Shown: positions 35,156 to 46,410, counted from the stretch's first letter. The stretch is DNA of 64,000 nucleotides from Candidatus Binataceae bacterium (GCA_041491005.1 JBGPUE010000008.1:7212-71211); one strand, 5' to 3'. Made by a program: numbers and translations. Notes: a model not told the origin generated them from the sequence alone.

Positions 35156-36331
35156 ATGAAAAGTATCGAAACCTGGGGGAAGCGCGGTTTGGTTGCGGCC
35201 GCGATAGCGTTGGTTGTGGTCGTCACGGGCTGTTCCAAGGGACCCAAGAACGCGGCCGACGACTACATAGGGAATCTCAAGCTTTTCAATTACCGCGCTT
35301 GCTACGACGGGCTGTCGCATGGCGACAAGCTCGATCGCACGATGGAGCAATTCCTCGCGGCGCCCCCGATGGCGCCGGAGGTCGAAAAAAACTGGTTCAA
35401 GACCACGCTGCAAAAGATGGAGTTTGTGCCGGGCGATCCCAAGCTTGAGGGCGACAAGGCCATCGTGCCGATCAAGGTGACGATGCCTGATCTCGCGGTA
35501 TGGGAACGCACGATGTACACGCTGCCTACCGACAAGGAGTCTACCGAAGCGCAAGCGCAGAAGTCGCTGCAGCAGGATTCCTTTCCAAAGGTCACCTACG
35601 ACGATTCGATGGTGATGGTGAAGGAGCCCGACGGATGGAAGCTGGTGGTCAATTTTCCGCTCAGGGAAAAGATCGCCAAACTGCACAAGAGCGCCGTCGA
35701 TCTCTACCACAAGCACGACTACGACAAGGCGATTGCGGGTTATCAGGAGTTGCTCGCCGAGTTGAACAAGGAGCCGTCCACCGGCAGCGAAGGGCTGAAG
35801 TTCTTCTACGGCCGCGAACTCAAAGACATCGAGAGCGCCAAGGCGCAATTGGCCGATGCGCAGGCGTATATTCCGAAGCTTCAGCTTAGCGACGTTGACA
35901 TGAAAATGGCCGCCTCGCGGGTTCCCGGCATCTTCGGCAAGATCACCAACACCGGCGACAAGCCGATCGACGAAGTTCAGATGACCGTCAACTACTACGA
36001 AGGGAAGGGCAAGAAACGCAAGCAGGTGTTCACCGAGGATCACACGCCGATTGCCACGCCGCTGACCTTCACCAATTTCGCCCGTCCGCTGCTGCCCTTC
36101 GTACCAGGCGAGACGCGTGATTTCGGCTTCAAGCTGACCGCCGCTGCCGATGTTCAGCAGAGAGCGACGCCCGACCTCGTGATCACATCCGTGACGTTTG
36201 CCCAGTCGCCCGCGCCGCTGCCCAAACCTCCGCCGCCGTCTCCGTCAGCTTCCGCAACGCCGGCCGCGGGCGCATCGCCTGCAGCCAGTGCATCGGCCGC
36301 GGCAGCCGCACCGCCCGCGATGCCCAAGTAG
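35156..36331 (+). CDS. hypothetical lipoprotein with a Pro/Ala/Ser-rich C-terminal tail
   Basis: Signal peptide plus lipobox (AAAIALVVVVTGC). One TPR-like stretch (DLYHKHDYDKAIAGYQELLAEL). The C-terminal 45 aa are low complexity (PAPLPKPPPPSPSASATPAAGASPAASASAAAAAPPAMPK). Confidence 0.75.
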   Translation: MKSIETWGKRGLVAAAIALVVVVTGCSKGPKNAADDYIGNLKLFNYRACYDGLSHGDKLDRTMEQFLAAPPMAPEVEKNWFKTTLQKMEFVPGDPKLEGDKAIVPIKVTMPDLAVWERTMYTLPTDKESTEAQAQKSLQQDSFPKVTYDDSMVMVKEPDGWKLVVNFPLREKIAKLHKSAVDLYHKHDYDKAIAGYQELLAELNKEPSTGSEGLKFFYGRELKDIESAKAQLADAQAYIPKLQLSDVDMKMAASRVPGIFGKITNTGDKPIDEVQMTVNYYEGKGKKRKQVFTEDHTPIATPLTFTNFARPLLPFVPGETRDFGFKLTAAADVQQRATPDLVITSVTFAQSPAPLPKPPPPSPSASATPAAGASPAASASAAAAAPPAMPK

Positions 36332-36421
36332 CGCGGGCGTGCGCCGTCGGTTAAGCCGTGCGGCTTGATGCGGGGGAGTGAGCAGGACGCCGCGATACCG
36401 CGCGGCATGCATGCGCCGGCT

Positions 36422-37333
36422 ATGAAACTCACGGTCGCGATTCCCACTCACAACCGCGCATCGACTCTGCGCCAGACGCTGGCCAGTATCGCCGGCCTCG
36501 AATTGAGCGGCATCGACGCTGAATGCATCGTCGTCGACAATGCCTCGACCGACGCGACCGCGTCAGTGGTCGAAGAGAGGTTGCGCACAGCGCCGATCGC
36601 GATTCGCCGCGTGCTCGAAGCCCGCCGGGGCTCAAGCTTCGCCCGCAATCGCGCGGTCGACGAGGCGCGCGGCGAGTTCATCCTGTTCATCGACGATGAC
36701 GCGGTCGCCGAGCCGCACTGGGCGCTCGAACTGATCGGCGAGATGGAGCGTCGCGGGTTGGATGCCGCATGCGGGATGGTGCTCGCGCGATGGGGCGCGC
36801 CGCCGCCACCGTGGCTCGGCCCGCGTCTCTATTCAAAGCTCGCGGTGCATGATCCTGCGAGTTCGGGTAACGGCTCATGGGAGCGGGCGGGGAACTACTT
36901 CAGCGCGAACGCCGGTTTCCGGCGTACGGCTTTGCAGCGCTTCGGGCGATTTCGGGAAGACCTCGGCGTCGTTGGATCCAATCCGATGTCGGGTGAGGAC
37001 ACGGAATTGTTCATGCGCATCATGGCGCGCGGCGGCAAGATGGGCTTCGCGCCGCGCGCCATCGTGCATCACCTGATTGGCGCCGAGCGGCTCACGCGCG
37101 CATATCTGCGCCGCAAGAGTTTCGCCTATGGTGTCGGCAGCGCATTCGCCGCCGGCCGCTCGCATAACCATCTCGACAAGCTGATGCGCAATGCCGCCAG
37201 GATGGCCACGGCGTGGGCGCGCGGCGATCAGACCGGCGCGCTCTACCATCAGCTCGAATGCGTCAACTTTTTCGGCTACTGGCGCGGACGGATGATGATG
37301 CGGCGGGCGAGCGCCACTCAGCCTCTGACGTGA
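36422..37333 (+). CDS. GT2-family glycosyltransferase
   Basis: MKLTVAIPTHNRASTLRQTL.., ..VVDNASTD.., and the DxD motif in FIDDDAV. Confidence 0.85.
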   Translation: MKLTVAIPTHNRASTLRQTLASIAGLELSGIDAECIVVDNASTDATASVVEERLRTAPIAIRRVLEARRGSSFARNRAVDEARGEFILFIDDDAVAEPHWALELIGEMERRGLDAACGMVLARWGAPPPPWLGPRLYSKLAVHDPASSGNGSWERAGNYFSANAGFRRTALQRFGRFREDLGVVGSNPMSGEDTELFMRIMARGGKMGFAPRAIVHHLIGAERLTRAYLRRKSFAYGVGSAFAAGRSHNHLDKLMRNAARMATAWARGDQTGALYHQLECVNFFGYWRGRMMMRRASATQPLT

Positions 37334-37731
37334 TCGAGCATCCCGCGTTCGAGGATCGCGCTGAGATACGGGATCACTTCGATCTCACCCATCTCGGCGG
37401 GCGTGACCCAGCGCGATTCGACATGTTCCTCCGGCCGCAACACGATCTGCTGGTAGACCTGCAGCCGGCACGCGTACAGCACCTGCATCGATGATTCACC
37501 GTCAGCCTTGTGCAAACCGAGCAGGCGTTCGATCGCGGCGTCGAGCCCAGTCTCTTCCTTGATCTCGCGCAGGACGCAATCTTCGAAGCTTTCGCCGACG
37601 GCGAGATGGCCGCCCGGCAGGTCCCAGCTTCCCGGTTTATAGGGCATCAACTCCGATCGCCGCAGCACCAGCATCCGGCCCCGATTGGCGATCACTCCGT
37701 GCACGCCGACGAAAAACTGCGCTTCTGCCAT
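37318..37731 (-). CDS. NUDIX hydrolase
   Basis: Nudix box GGHLAVGESFEDCVLREIKEETGL. Its 3' end overlaps the GT2 3' end by 16 nt (convergent). Confidence 0.85.
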   Translation of the reverse strand: MAEAQFFVGVHGVIANRGRMLVLRRSELMPYKPGSWDLPGGHLAVGESFEDCVLREIKEETGLDAAIERLLGLHKADGESSMQVLYACRLQVYQQIVLRPEEHVESRWVTPAEMGEIEVIPYLSAILERGMLDHVRG

Positions 37732-37845
37732 CGATTGCTGTCCGCGACTGAGATTAGCGGCGCATTCGCTGCCGCGCCATCGATCGGGTTTGGCAACCAG
37801 CGCGCTTCAAACTACGATTGCCGCGCCCGGCAAGGAGGATCGGCG

Positions 37846-39078
37846 ATGGAGAAATCCGAATTCTACCGCGAGGCGCGCCGCGATCTGACCGGTCCGCTCG
37901 CCGGTATCCGCGTGCTCGACGTGACCACGAGCTGGGCGGGCCCGATGTGCGCCTGCCTGCTTGCCGACCTCGGCGCCGATGTGATCAAGGTCGAGGCGCT
38001 CGACGGCGAAGTCGCGCGGCGCATCCCGCCCTTCATCGAGGGCAGCGACCCGCCCATGTCGTTTGCGAATGCTACCGTGAATCGCAACAAGCGCAGCCTG
38101 ACGCTGGATCTGCGTAAACCCGAGGGCCGCGATATCTTCTTCAAGCTCGCGGCGCGCACGGATATCATCGTCGAGAACTTCCGCGCCGGCACGCTCCACA
38201 AATGGGGCGTTGGCTACGACGGCGTACGGGCGGTCAAACCCGACATCGTCTATGTCTCGATTACCGGATGGGGCCAGTTCGGTCCGTCGCACGATCGCGC
38301 CGGCTACGATCCGCTGGCGCAAGCGGCGGGCGGCTTCATCGCGCTCAACGGCACGCCCGATGGGCCGCCGGTCAAGGCGCCCACGTTTCTATGCGATGAT
38401 CTTGCCGGCTTGCATGGCGCGATCGGTGCGATGGCGGCGCTGCGCCATCGCGATCGCACGGGCGAAGGGCAGCACGTCGATGTCGCGCTGCTCGATGCGA
38501 TGCTCTTCCAGTCCAACGGCTATCCGACGCTCGGCGCGCTCGGCATCGACATCCCGCGCATGGGCAATCAGTTCACTTTTTCCGTCCCGACCAACGTGTA
38601 TCGCTGCAAGGATGGCAAGCTGGTGATGGCCGGCATTTTGCTCGACACGCACTGGAAGATTCTCGCGCGCGTCATGCAACGTCCCGAACTCGCCGACGAT
38701 CCGCGCTTCACTACGCTCGCCGCGCGCATGGTAAATCGCATCGAAGCCGACCAGCTGGTCGCGGAATGGATGGCCGCACGCACGCAGGCCGACGCACTCG
38801 AGATCTGGGGGCGCGAGGGGCTGGCTGCGGCGCCCATCCACACGCATGCCGAGGTGGCGCGCAATCCGCACGTGCTCGCACGCGACATGCTGCAAGCGGT
38901 GGAGCATGCAGGCGGTGCGACGGTGCCGATCGTCGGGCCCGCCGCGAAGTTCTCGCGCACGCCAACGCGCGTGCGTTCAGCCGCGCCTGCTCTGGGCGCG
39001 CATACCGACGAGGTGCTCGCGGAAATCGGAATCGATCAAGCTCAGCGTGCGCGCCTGCGCAAAGCGAAGGTCATCTAA
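37846..39078 (+). CDS. family III CoA-transferase (CaiB/BaiF type)
   Basis: ATG 37846 is preceded by AAGGAGGA. Contains LAGIRVLDVTTSWAGPMCACLLADLGADVIKVE.. Confidence 0.9.
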   Translation: MEKSEFYREARRDLTGPLAGIRVLDVTTSWAGPMCACLLADLGADVIKVEALDGEVARRIPPFIEGSDPPMSFANATVNRNKRSLTLDLRKPEGRDIFFKLAARTDIIVENFRAGTLHKWGVGYDGVRAVKPDIVYVSITGWGQFGPSHDRAGYDPLAQAAGGFIALNGTPDGPPVKAPTFLCDDLAGLHGAIGAMAALRHRDRTGEGQHVDVALLDAMLFQSNGYPTLGALGIDIPRMGNQFTFSVPTNVYRCKDGKLVMAGILLDTHWKILARVMQRPELADDPRFTTLAARMVNRIEADQLVAEWMAARTQADALEIWGREGLAAAPIHTHAEVARNPHVLARDMLQAVEHAGGATVPIVGPAAKFSRTPTRVRSAAPALGAHTDEVLAEIGIDQAQRARLRKAKVI

Positions 39079-39129
39079 GGGTTGTATATTTCACCGCGCG
39101 ATTCGGTCACTTCGGGTCAAGGGACACGT

Positions 39130-40704
39130 TCACTTGCGGCCCCAGGCGCCGCCGCCCGGGGTCTCGATGCGGATGCAATCGCCCGCATCGAGACGCGCGT
39201 TCCCCTTGCCAGCCAGCGCCTTGCGCCGTCCGCCGCGCACGAGATAGTTCGCACCGCACTTGCCGGGACCGCCGCCCGCAAGTCCATACGGACGCAGCAC
39301 ACGCCGCTCGCTGAGCACACTGACGCTCGACTCGACCAGACATTCGAGTTCGCGCACCAACCCGTCGCCGCCCGCATAGCGTCCGCGCCCGCCCGAGCCA
39401 CGCCGGATGCGGTACTCAGTGATGCGCATCGGGTAGTAGGCCTCGAGCGCTTCGATGGGCGTGTTGAGCGTATTAGTCATGTGAGTATGAATCCCCGACG
39501 CGCCCGGATGGCCGGGCGCTGCGCCCGCGCCGCCTGCGATCGTCTCGTAGTAGGAGAACTGGCGTTGGCGAAGTGAATCATAGCCACCCACTGTGACGTT
39601 CGACATCGAGCCCGAGCTTGCGGCCGGAATCCGATCGGGCGCGGCTTTGGCGAGCGCGCGAAATAGCACATCGACGATGCGCTGCGAAGTCTCGACGTTG
39701 CCGCCAGCGACGGCCGCCGGTGGCAGCGCGTTTACGATTGAGCCTGCGGGCGCGATCAGCCGGATCGGACGCATCAAGCCCTCGTTGGGCGGCACCGCCG
39801 ATGCGGCGAGGCACTTCATCACGTAGAAGACCGCTGAGAGCGTGATCGCATAGTTGGCGTTGACCGGCCCGCGCACTTGCGGCGCTGAGCCGGTGAAGTC
39901 GGCGATCGCGCGGCCGCCGCGCGCGACGCGAATCGCGACGCGAATCGGAAGCGGCCCGCTGTCGAAACCGTCGTCATCGAGGAAGTCCACGGCGCGATAG
40001 ATGCCGGGCGGGATCGCGCGCAGCACTGAAGCCATTAGGCGTGCGGAGTAGTCCTTGAGCGCATCCATCGCGGATGCGACCAGCGGGCGACCCGCCTTCG
40101 CGACGAGGTCCTGCACGCGCCGCCGCCCGATCGCCAGCGCGCCGATTTGCGCGCGGAGGTCGCCCTCGCGCTCCTCGCGCACGCGCGTGTTGGCGTAGAA
40201 CAGTTCGAAAATGTCACGCACCGGCTCGCCGCGCGCGACAAGCTTCACCGGCGGGAGGCGAAATCCCTCCTGGTAGATCTCGGTGGAAAGCGCCATCGAG
40301 CCCGGCGCCATCCCGCCAATGTCGGCGTGATGCGCGCGATTGGCGGCATAGGCGAACGGGCGGCGCTCGCCGCGGAGGAAAATCGGTTCGACCAGCGTCA
40401 GGTCGGGCAGATGCGTGCCGCCGGCGAACGGATCGTTGAGTGCTGCGATATCGCCCTCATCCAGCTTGAGCCGCTCAATCGCGGCGCGCACCGACAGCGG
40501 CGTCGATCCGAGATGGACCGGCAAATGCGCTGCCTGCGCGACCATCTCACCGCGCCCATCGAATAGCGCGCACGAGAAATCGCGCCGTTCCTTGATATTG
40601 GGCGAGAAGCCGGTGAGCCCCAGTACGACGCCCATCTCCTCCGCGATCGCGGCGAGGCGATTGTTCATCACTTCGAGTGTTATGGGGTCGAGTTTGCGCG
40701 TCAT
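39130..40704 (-). CDS. hyuB: hydantoinase B / oxoprolinase-family subunit
   Basis: [24 protein letters not shown].., ..RDFSCALFD.. and ..GGGAWG.. at the C-terminus. The start shares one base with the hyuA stop (TGATG). Confidence 0.9.
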   Translation of the reverse strand: MTRKLDPITLEVMNNRLAAIAEEMGVVLGLTGFSPNIKERRDFSCALFDGRGEMVAQAAHLPVHLGSTPLSVRAAIERLKLDEGDIAALNDPFAGGTHLPDLTLVEPIFLRGERRPFAYAANRAHHADIGGMAPGSMALSTEIYQEGFRLPPVKLVARGEPVRDIFELFYANTRVREEREGDLRAQIGALAIGRRRVQDLVAKAGRPLVASAMDALKDYSARLMASVLRAIPPGIYRAVDFLDDDGFDSGPLPIRVAIRVARGGRAIADFTGSAPQVRGPVNANYAITLSAVFYVMKCLAASAVPPNEGLMRPIRLIAPAGSIVNALPPAAVAGGNVETSQRIVDVLFRALAKAAPDRIPAASSGSMSNVTVGGYDSLRQRQFSYYETIAGGAGAAPGHPGASGIHTHMTNTLNTPIEALEAYYPMRITEYRIRRGSGGRGRYAGGDGLVRELECLVESSVSVLSERRVLRPYGLAGGGPGKCGANYLVRGGRRKALAGKGNARLDAGDCIRIETPGGGAWGRK

Positions 40705-42719
40705 CAGCGAGCCTCGAGGTGCAAATTGCCGGAATCGTCGACGCGCAGTATGAAGCCGGGCGCGACGTATGCGGTCGCACTCAACTCCGTGACGATTAGC
40801 GGACCGGGGAGACGCGCGCTGGCGCCGAGTGAATCGCGATCGAAAATGGGAACCATGCGCGACGCGCGATCAACCAGCACTTGGGCGCGGCCTCGGGGCG
40901 CAGGCGCGACGCGCGCTCGCGCGATGCGCTCGCGCGGCGGCCTCACCCCGGCGGCGCTCGCGCGCACGCGGACGTTGACGACCTCCACCGCCGCATCAGC
41001 GCCATAGCCGAAGGTGCGCCGATGCGCAGCATGGAAGTCCCTGACGAAGCGCGGCGTCAGCGCAATCTCGAGTTCGTAAGACTGGCCGCGATAGCGCATG
41101 TCGGCGAACAGCGCGAGCGCGATGCGCGAGCGGGGTGCGCCGTCGGCAGCCAACTCGCGCATCGCACGCGCGACCAGCGGGCGCGCTCGCGCGACGAGCT
41201 GCGCATACCGCGGCTGGGTCGCACGAATCGTCAGCGAGTACTCGCGGCCGATGCGCGCGCCAAGCGCACCCCAAGCGCACAGCAGTCCGGGATTGCGCGG
41301 CAGCACCACATGGCGGATTCCAAGTTCACGCGCCAGCTCGCAGGCATGCATCGGGCCCGCGCCGCCGAACGCGATCAGCGCCAATGCGCGCGGATCGACG
41401 CCACGCTCGACAGTGATCAACCGGATGGCGCGCTCCATGTTTGCGTTGACCACTCTGACTACGCCGCGCGCGGCCTCCAGACTGGAGGTGTGCATCGCGC
41501 GCGCGAGAATGCCGATCGCGCGATCGGCGCGCGCCGGCTGCAGTGTCATGCGCCCGCCAAGGAAATTGGCGGCGACCAGCCGGCCGGCCACGAGATCGGC
41601 GTCGGTCACAGTCGGCGCAACTCCGCGCCCATAACAGGCTGGTCCCGGGTTCGCGCCGGCGCTCTGAGGGCCGACCTTGAGCAAACCGCCTTCGTCGATG
41701 CGCGCAATCGAGCCACCGCCCGCGCCGACCGTGTGGATGTCGATCACTGGCGTTCGGATCGCATAGCCGCCGGGATGGCTGAGAGTGCGGATCCGAGCCT
41801 GCCTATCGAACAGCGAGACATCGGTCGAAGTCCCGCCCATATCGAAGGTGATGAAGCGGTCGACGCCGAAGCTGCGCGCGAGTGCGGCCGCGCCGATCAC
41901 GCCTGCCGCGGGTCCCGAGAGAATCGTTCGCACGGGCTCATCGCGAGCCAGCCCCGAGCCGACCGCGGTGCCGTCGGATTGCATCACGCGCAGCCGCCGC
42001 GCAGGCAGCCGCGCCTCGAGTGTCGCAAGATGTGTCGCCATCTTGGGCGCGACGTAGGCATTGACCACGGTGGTCGAGAGCCGCTCGAACTCGCGATACT
42101 CCGCCAGGATTCGATGTGACACCGAAAGCGGGCGGCCGGCTTTGGCCAGGACTCTCGCGATCTGCTCTTCGCTGTGCGGGTTCACATACGAGTGGAGAAG
42201 GCATAGAGCAATCGACTCCGCGCGAAGGCGCGCTGCCAGCCTGCGGATGCGCGCGAGCTCGGCATGGCTCAGAGCGGTTGCGATCGTTCCGTCGAAGAGC
42301 GTTCGCTCGCGAACACCGATCCGCATCGTGCGCGGCACCAGCGGCTCCGGCCGCGATGGCGCGAGCGCGTAGATATCAATCCGGTTCTGCCGTCCGATCT
42401 CGATTAGATCCTGGAAGCCGGCGTTGGTGAAAAGTGCGACGCGCGCACCCTTGCGCTCGAGCAGCGCGTTGGTCGCGACTGTCGAGCCGTAGGTGACGAC
42501 ATCGGCGCGCGCGCCGGCGAGCAACGCGGCCAGCCCCGCGATTACGGCCTTGGCCGGGTCCTCCGGCGTCGACAGCACTTTGTTAACGCGAAGCTGCCCG
42601 CCGATCAGCGCGACGATGTCCGTGAACGTGCCGCCGGTATCGACGCCGGCGACAATTGCGCGTCCATCGGCGCGATCGCGCGCCGACGCGGAAGCGCTCC
42701 GCGAGCGCGGCGGATTCAT
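40704..42719 (-). CDS. hyuA: hydantoinase A / oxoprolinase-family subunit
   Basis: ..[17 protein letters not shown].., ..[14 protein letters not shown].. (actin-like ATPase motifs). 4-nt overlap with the upstream mmsA stop. Confidence 0.9.
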   Translation of the reverse strand: MNPPRSRSASASARDRADGRAIVAGVDTGGTFTDIVALIGGQLRVNKVLSTPEDPAKAVIAGLAALLAGARADVVTYGSTVATNALLERKGARVALFTNAGFQDLIEIGRQNRIDIYALAPSRPEPLVPRTMRIGVRERTLFDGTIATALSHAELARIRRLAARLRAESIALCLLHSYVNPHSEEQIARVLAKAGRPLSVSHRILAEYREFERLSTTVVNAYVAPKMATHLATLEARLPARRLRVMQSDGTAVGSGLARDEPVRTILSGPAAGVIGAAALARSFGVDRFITFDMGGTSTDVSLFDRQARIRTLSHPGGYAIRTPVIDIHTVGAGGGSIARIDEGGLLKVGPQSAGANPGPACYGRGVAPTVTDADLVAGRLVAANFLGGRMTLQPARADRAIGILARAMHTSSLEAARGVVRVVNANMERAIRLITVERGVDPRALALIAFGGAGPMHACELARELGIRHVVLPRNPGLLCAWGALGARIGREYSLTIRATQPRYAQLVARARPLVARAMRELAADGAPRSRIALALFADMRYRGQSYELEIALTPRFVRDFHAAHRRTFGYGADAAVEVVNVRVRASAAGVRPPRERIARARVAPAPRGRAQVLVDRASRMVPIFDRDSLGASARLPGPLIVTELSATAYVAPGFILRVDDSGNLHLEAR

Positions 42720-44272
42720 CGATCGCGGCTGTTGGTGGAGGGAATCGAGAACTCGGCGCCGGCGCGCATCGCGCTGGGCCAGCGCGAAGTGACAGTCTTC
42801 AGCCGCGTATAGAAGCGCACGCCCTCGACCCCGTGTATCGCATTCTCACCGAAGCGCGATCGCTTCCAGCCGCCGAAGCTGTAGAACGCCATCGGCACCG
42901 GTATCGGCACGTTGATGCCGACCATTCCGGCCTGCACGCGGTTGGAGAACTCACGCGCGGCGCCGCCGTCGCGGGTGAAGAGCGCCGCGCCGTTGCCGAG
43001 TTCATGCGCATTGACCATTGATATGGCGGAGTCGAGATCAGGCACGCGCGCAATCGACAATACCGGTCCGAAGATTTCCTCGCGGTAGATCTTCATCGCC
43101 GGCTCGACCTGATCGAAAAGACATCCGCCCAGAAAGAATCCGCCCTCGAAGCCTGCGACACTGAGATTGCGCCCGTCGACGACCAGACGCGCACCTTCGG
43201 CGACACCTGCCGCTAGGTAGCCGCGAACGCGCTCCAGATGCTGGCGTGTGATCAGCGGTCCCATCTCGGCCGCGGTATCGGTGCCCGGTCCGATCCGGAG
43301 CGAGCGCACGCGGGGCGCAAGGCGCTCGATCAGGGCGTCGCCGACTCCGCCGACTGCAACTGCGACCGAAACCGCCATACAACGTTCGCCGGCTGAGCCG
43401 TACGCCGCGCCGATGAGAGCATCGACGGCCGAGTCAAGATCGGCGTCTGGCATTATCACCATATGGTTCTTGGCGCCGCCAAGCGCCTGCACGCGCTTAC
43501 CGCTCGCACATCCCGTGCGATAGACATGCTCGGCGACCGGGCTCGAACCGACAAAGCTGATCGCGGCGACTAGCGGATGGCTCAACAACGCATCGACCGC
43601 CTCGCGGTCGCCGTTAACCACGTTGAATACGCCGTCAGGCAGTCCGGCCTTCTTCAGCAGCTCCGCGAGTCGCAGCGGCGCCGAGGGATCGCGTTCCGAA
43701 GGCTTGAGCACGAATGCATTTCCGCACGCGATGGCAATCGGGAACATCCACATCGGCACCATCGCGGGAAAATTGAACGGCGTGATTCCCGCGCATACAC
43801 CGAGTGGCTGCCGGAACGCGAAGCTGTCAATCCCGCGGCCGACCTGCTCGCTAAATTCGCCCTTGCTCAGCGCCGGGATGCCGCATGCGAACTCAACGAC
43901 CTCGGCGCCGCGTGCGACTTCGCCACTGGCGTCGGCCAGGGTCTTGCCATGCTCGGCGGTGATCATCCGCGCCACTTCATCGCCGTGGCGCTCCAGCAGC
44001 TCGCGGAAGCGAAACATTACACGCGCGCGCATCGGTGCAGGCGTTGCCGACCACTCCGCGAAGGCTGCGCGGCCGGCGGCGACAGCGGCGCCGACCTCGC
44101 TGGCGCCGCCCGCCGCGACCCGTGCGCTTACTTCGCCGGTAGCGGGGTTGAAGACTTCCAGCATACGCGCGCCGGCTTCGCCCGCGTGCATACGGCCCGA
44201 GATCCAATGGCCGATTCGCGCCGCCGGTTGTGCGATACTGCCGGCGCCCGACGATACGGTCGATGTGCGCAT
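42716..44272 (-). CDS. mmsA: CoA-acylating methylmalonate-semialdehyde dehydrogenase-like aldehyde dehydrogenase
   Basis: 518 aa ALDH with ..[13 protein letters not shown].., ..[12 protein letters not shown].., catalytic Cys in [11 protein letters not shown] and ..FSFGGWK.. typical of MmsA. Confidence 0.8.
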   Translation of the reverse strand: MRTSTVSSGAGSIAQPAARIGHWISGRMHAGEAGARMLEVFNPATGEVSARVAAGGASEVGAAVAAGRAAFAEWSATPAPMRARVMFRFRELLERHGDEVARMITAEHGKTLADASGEVARGAEVVEFACGIPALSKGEFSEQVGRGIDSFAFRQPLGVCAGITPFNFPAMVPMWMFPIAIACGNAFVLKPSERDPSAPLRLAELLKKAGLPDGVFNVVNGDREAVDALLSHPLVAAISFVGSSPVAEHVYRTGCASGKRVQALGGAKNHMVIMPDADLDSAVDALIGAAYGSAGERCMAVSVAVAVGGVGDALIERLAPRVRSLRIGPGTDTAAEMGPLITRQHLERVRGYLAAGVAEGARLVVDGRNLSVAGFEGGFFLGGCLFDQVEPAMKIYREEIFGPVLSIARVPDLDSAISMVNAHELGNGAALFTRDGGAAREFSNRVQAGMVGINVPIPVPMAFYSFGGWKRSRFGENAIHGVEGVRFYTRLKTVTSRWPSAMRAGAEFSIPSTNSRDR

Positions 44273-44297
44273 AGTACTGGCCTCGCTTGATGCCTGT

Positions 44298-45248
44298 TTA
44301 GAAGATACGCAGGACCACCTTGAAGCTCATGCGATCTGCGGCATGCTCGAAAGCCGCGAGCCCGTCGGCGAGCGGATAGGTCGCGGTGAGCAGCGACCGC
44401 GGATCGACCTTGCCCGATGCGAGCGCGGCAAGCGCGGGCCCAAAGCGGCCGCATCGCGATCCCATTACGGTGATCTCGTTAACCACGACTTGCGCAAGAT
44501 TGAGCGGTGCGGCGCCGGCCGCGGTGCTCTTCAGGATCAGCGTACCGCGCGACCGCACCAACGCCATCGCGCGCGCGAAGCCCGGGCTCGATCCGGTGCA
44601 ATCGATCACGATGTCGAAGGGACCCTCAAGCGAATCCTCGTGCCGCGTCGCGACTCCCAGCGCCGCCAGTTTCGCCAACTTCTCCGTATGATGGCCGGCG
44701 ATGATCGGGACGTAGCCCTCAGCTTTCATCGCCAGCGCGACGATCGCCCCCAGTCGGCCGTCGCCAAGCACGAGTATGGTGCGATTCCTGTCTATTCGCA
44801 GTTGCTCGAAGATCTCATACGCCGCCGCCAGCGGTTCGGCGAAGACCGCAAGGTCGTCTGGTATCGAATCGGGCACCGGGATCAGGTTCGCATTGGGCAG
44901 GCACAGATACTCGGCGAAGGCGCCATCGCGTCCCAGGATCCCCAGCACCGTGCGACTTGCGCAGTGACGGCCAAGCCCGGCGACGCATGTCTCGCATCGT
45001 CCGCATGCCGCGTTTATCTCACCGACGACGCGGCGTTCCCGCAGTTCCGGCCGCGCGCTCTCGATCACTTCACCGACGAACTCATGTCCGGGGACGCCAC
45101 GATAGTTCATGTAGCCGCGCGCGAGTTCGAGGTCAGTACCGCAGATTCCGGCCAGCCGCACGCGGACCAGGCTCTCACCGGTAGGCAGGCGCGGTTCGGG
45201 ATAAGAGGGGTCGAAACGCAGTTTGCCGTCAAGAACCAATGCGCGCAT
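44298..45248 (-). CDS. zinc-type medium-chain alcohol dehydrogenase/reductase
   Basis: ..[11 protein letters not shown].., ..GHEFVGEV.., structural-Zn Cys cluster [16 protein letters not shown] and Rossmann LVLGDGRLG. Confidence 0.85.
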   Translation of the reverse strand: MRALVLDGKLRFDPSYPEPRLPTGESLVRVRLAGICGTDLELARGYMNYRGVPGHEFVGEVIESARPELRERRVVGEINAACGRCETCVAGLGRHCASRTVLGILGRDGAFAEYLCLPNANLIPVPDSIPDDLAVFAEPLAAAYEIFEQLRIDRNRTILVLGDGRLGAIVALAMKAEGYVPIIAGHHTEKLAKLAALGVATRHEDSLEGPFDIVIDCTGSSPGFARAMALVRSRGTLILKSTAAGAAPLNLAQVVVNEITVMGSRCGRFGPALAALASGKVDPRSLLTATYPLADGLAAFEHAADRMSFKVVLRIF

Positions 45249-45311
45249 CAGGATGCTCTGCGGCGCTGGCGGCGCGCCGACCGTTTCGCTTCGATGCGAT
45301 TGCCCGGCCGG

Positions 45312-45665
45312 CTATTTCGCGTCAGCGCTCTTCTCGGAAGTGGCAGGCTTGCTGGTACCAGCAGGCTTGTCCGAGCTTGTACTCGAAATGGTCGAGGAAT
45401 CGGCCTTGCTCGATGACTTGCCGTCGGATTCGCTTGCGGTCGGAGCCGCCGCGGGCGTCTCGGCAGGCTTCGAGCTGTCGGGCTTTCCGCCGCGCGGGTA
45501 ATCGGTGGCGTACCAACCGGTGCCTTTGAGCACGAAAGAGGTGCTGGACATGATGCGCTCGACTTTGCCCTTGCAAGTGGGACAGCGTTTGACCGATTTC
45601 TCGGTGATGCGCTGAATCTGCTCAAAAACTCCACACTTGGCGCATCGATACTCGTAAATCGGCAT
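45312..45665 (-). CDS. FmdB-family zinc-ribbon protein with a low-complexity acidic/Ser tail
   Basis: [33 protein letters not shown].. is the CxxC..CxxC FmdB signature. Confidence 0.8.
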   Translation of the reverse strand: MPIYEYRCAKCGVFEQIQRITEKSVKRCPTCKGKVERIMSSTSFVLKGTGWYATDYPRGGKPDSSKPAETPAAAPTASESDGKSSSKADSSTISSTSSDKPAGTSKPATSEKSADAK

Positions 45666-45733
45666 GGCAAAGGTTCATTTCAACAGGTAATCAGCGCTTG
45701 ACGCCCTGTCAACCAGCGATTCCCGTCTCGGCT

Positions 45734-46069
45734 TCATGAGACGCCTTTAGAAGGGTCTACGACGATTGAAACGCCAACCGCTTGGACGACTCGCCGCGCC
45801 GTCGTGATCGAATCGGGCGTCGCGATCCAGACCACTTTATGCCTCGAGGCTGTGCCCCGCATGATTTTGATCGCGCTCCGCGGCGTCCTGGCGAGCTGCG
45901 CAACGAACGCGATCAATTCGTCGTTTGCCGCTCCTTTCTCGTGTGGCGAGCGAAGCGCGATCACCAGCCGTTGCGAATCGGCCTGCACGATCGCACGGCG
46001 CCGGCTACCGGGACGCACATCAATCTCAAGGGTGAAGGCGGACGCCGTGGTCCGTATCCATGACGGCAA
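45734..46069 (-). CDS. DUF167 (YggU-like) protein
   Basis: ..FTLEIDVRPGSRRRAIV..LVIALRSPHEKGAANDELIAFVAQLA..IKIMRGTASRHKVVWI.. There is no nearby in-frame ATG, so a TTG start at 46069 is proposed (336 nt in frame). It follows yggT, as in many bacteria. Confidence 0.6.
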   Translation of the reverse strand: MPSWIRTTASAFTLEIDVRPGSRRRAIVQADSQRLVIALRSPHEKGAANDELIAFVAQLARTPRSAIKIMRGTASRHKVVWIATPDSITTARRVVQAVGVSIVVDPSKGVS

Positions 46070-46095
46070 GGCAACCTGCGAGGGCGCGGCAGGCT

Positions 46096-46398
46096 TCAGC
46101 TGAGACCCGAAATGGCCAGCCGTTCGATGGTCGGGATGACGTAGCCTTGCATGAACTGAATCGCGACGATCACGACGATTGGTGAAAGATCCAGTCCGCC
46201 GAAGACCACCGGAACGCGGCGTCGCACCCAGTCGAGCACTGGTTCGGTGACGGAGTAGATGAAGCGCACGATCGGGTTGTATGGATTGGGCTCGATCCAG
46301 CTCAGCACCGCCGAGGCGATCACGACCCAGAAGTAAAGCTGCAGCAATCCCTGCAGCATCGACGCCACGAAGACTACGAAGTTGGTCCAGACAAACAC
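46096..46398 (-). CDS. yggT: YggT-family membrane protein
   Basis: 100 aa with two hydrophobic helices, ..YFWVVIASAVLSWI.., ..PVLDWVRRRVP..GGLDLSPIV.. Confidence 0.85.
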   Translation of the reverse strand: MFVWTNFVVFVASMLQGLLQLYFWVVIASAVLSWIEPNPYNPIVRFIYSVTEPVLDWVRRRVPVVFGGLDLSPIVVIVAIQFMQGYVIPTIERLAISGLS

Positions 46399-46410
46399 TG
46401 CGCGGCATCC

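Noticed and set aside
37318-37333. 16-nt convergent overlap of the GT2 and NUDIX 3' ends as a regulatory feature
   Set aside because: Short convergent overlaps are common in compact high-GC genomes. No associated structure was seen.
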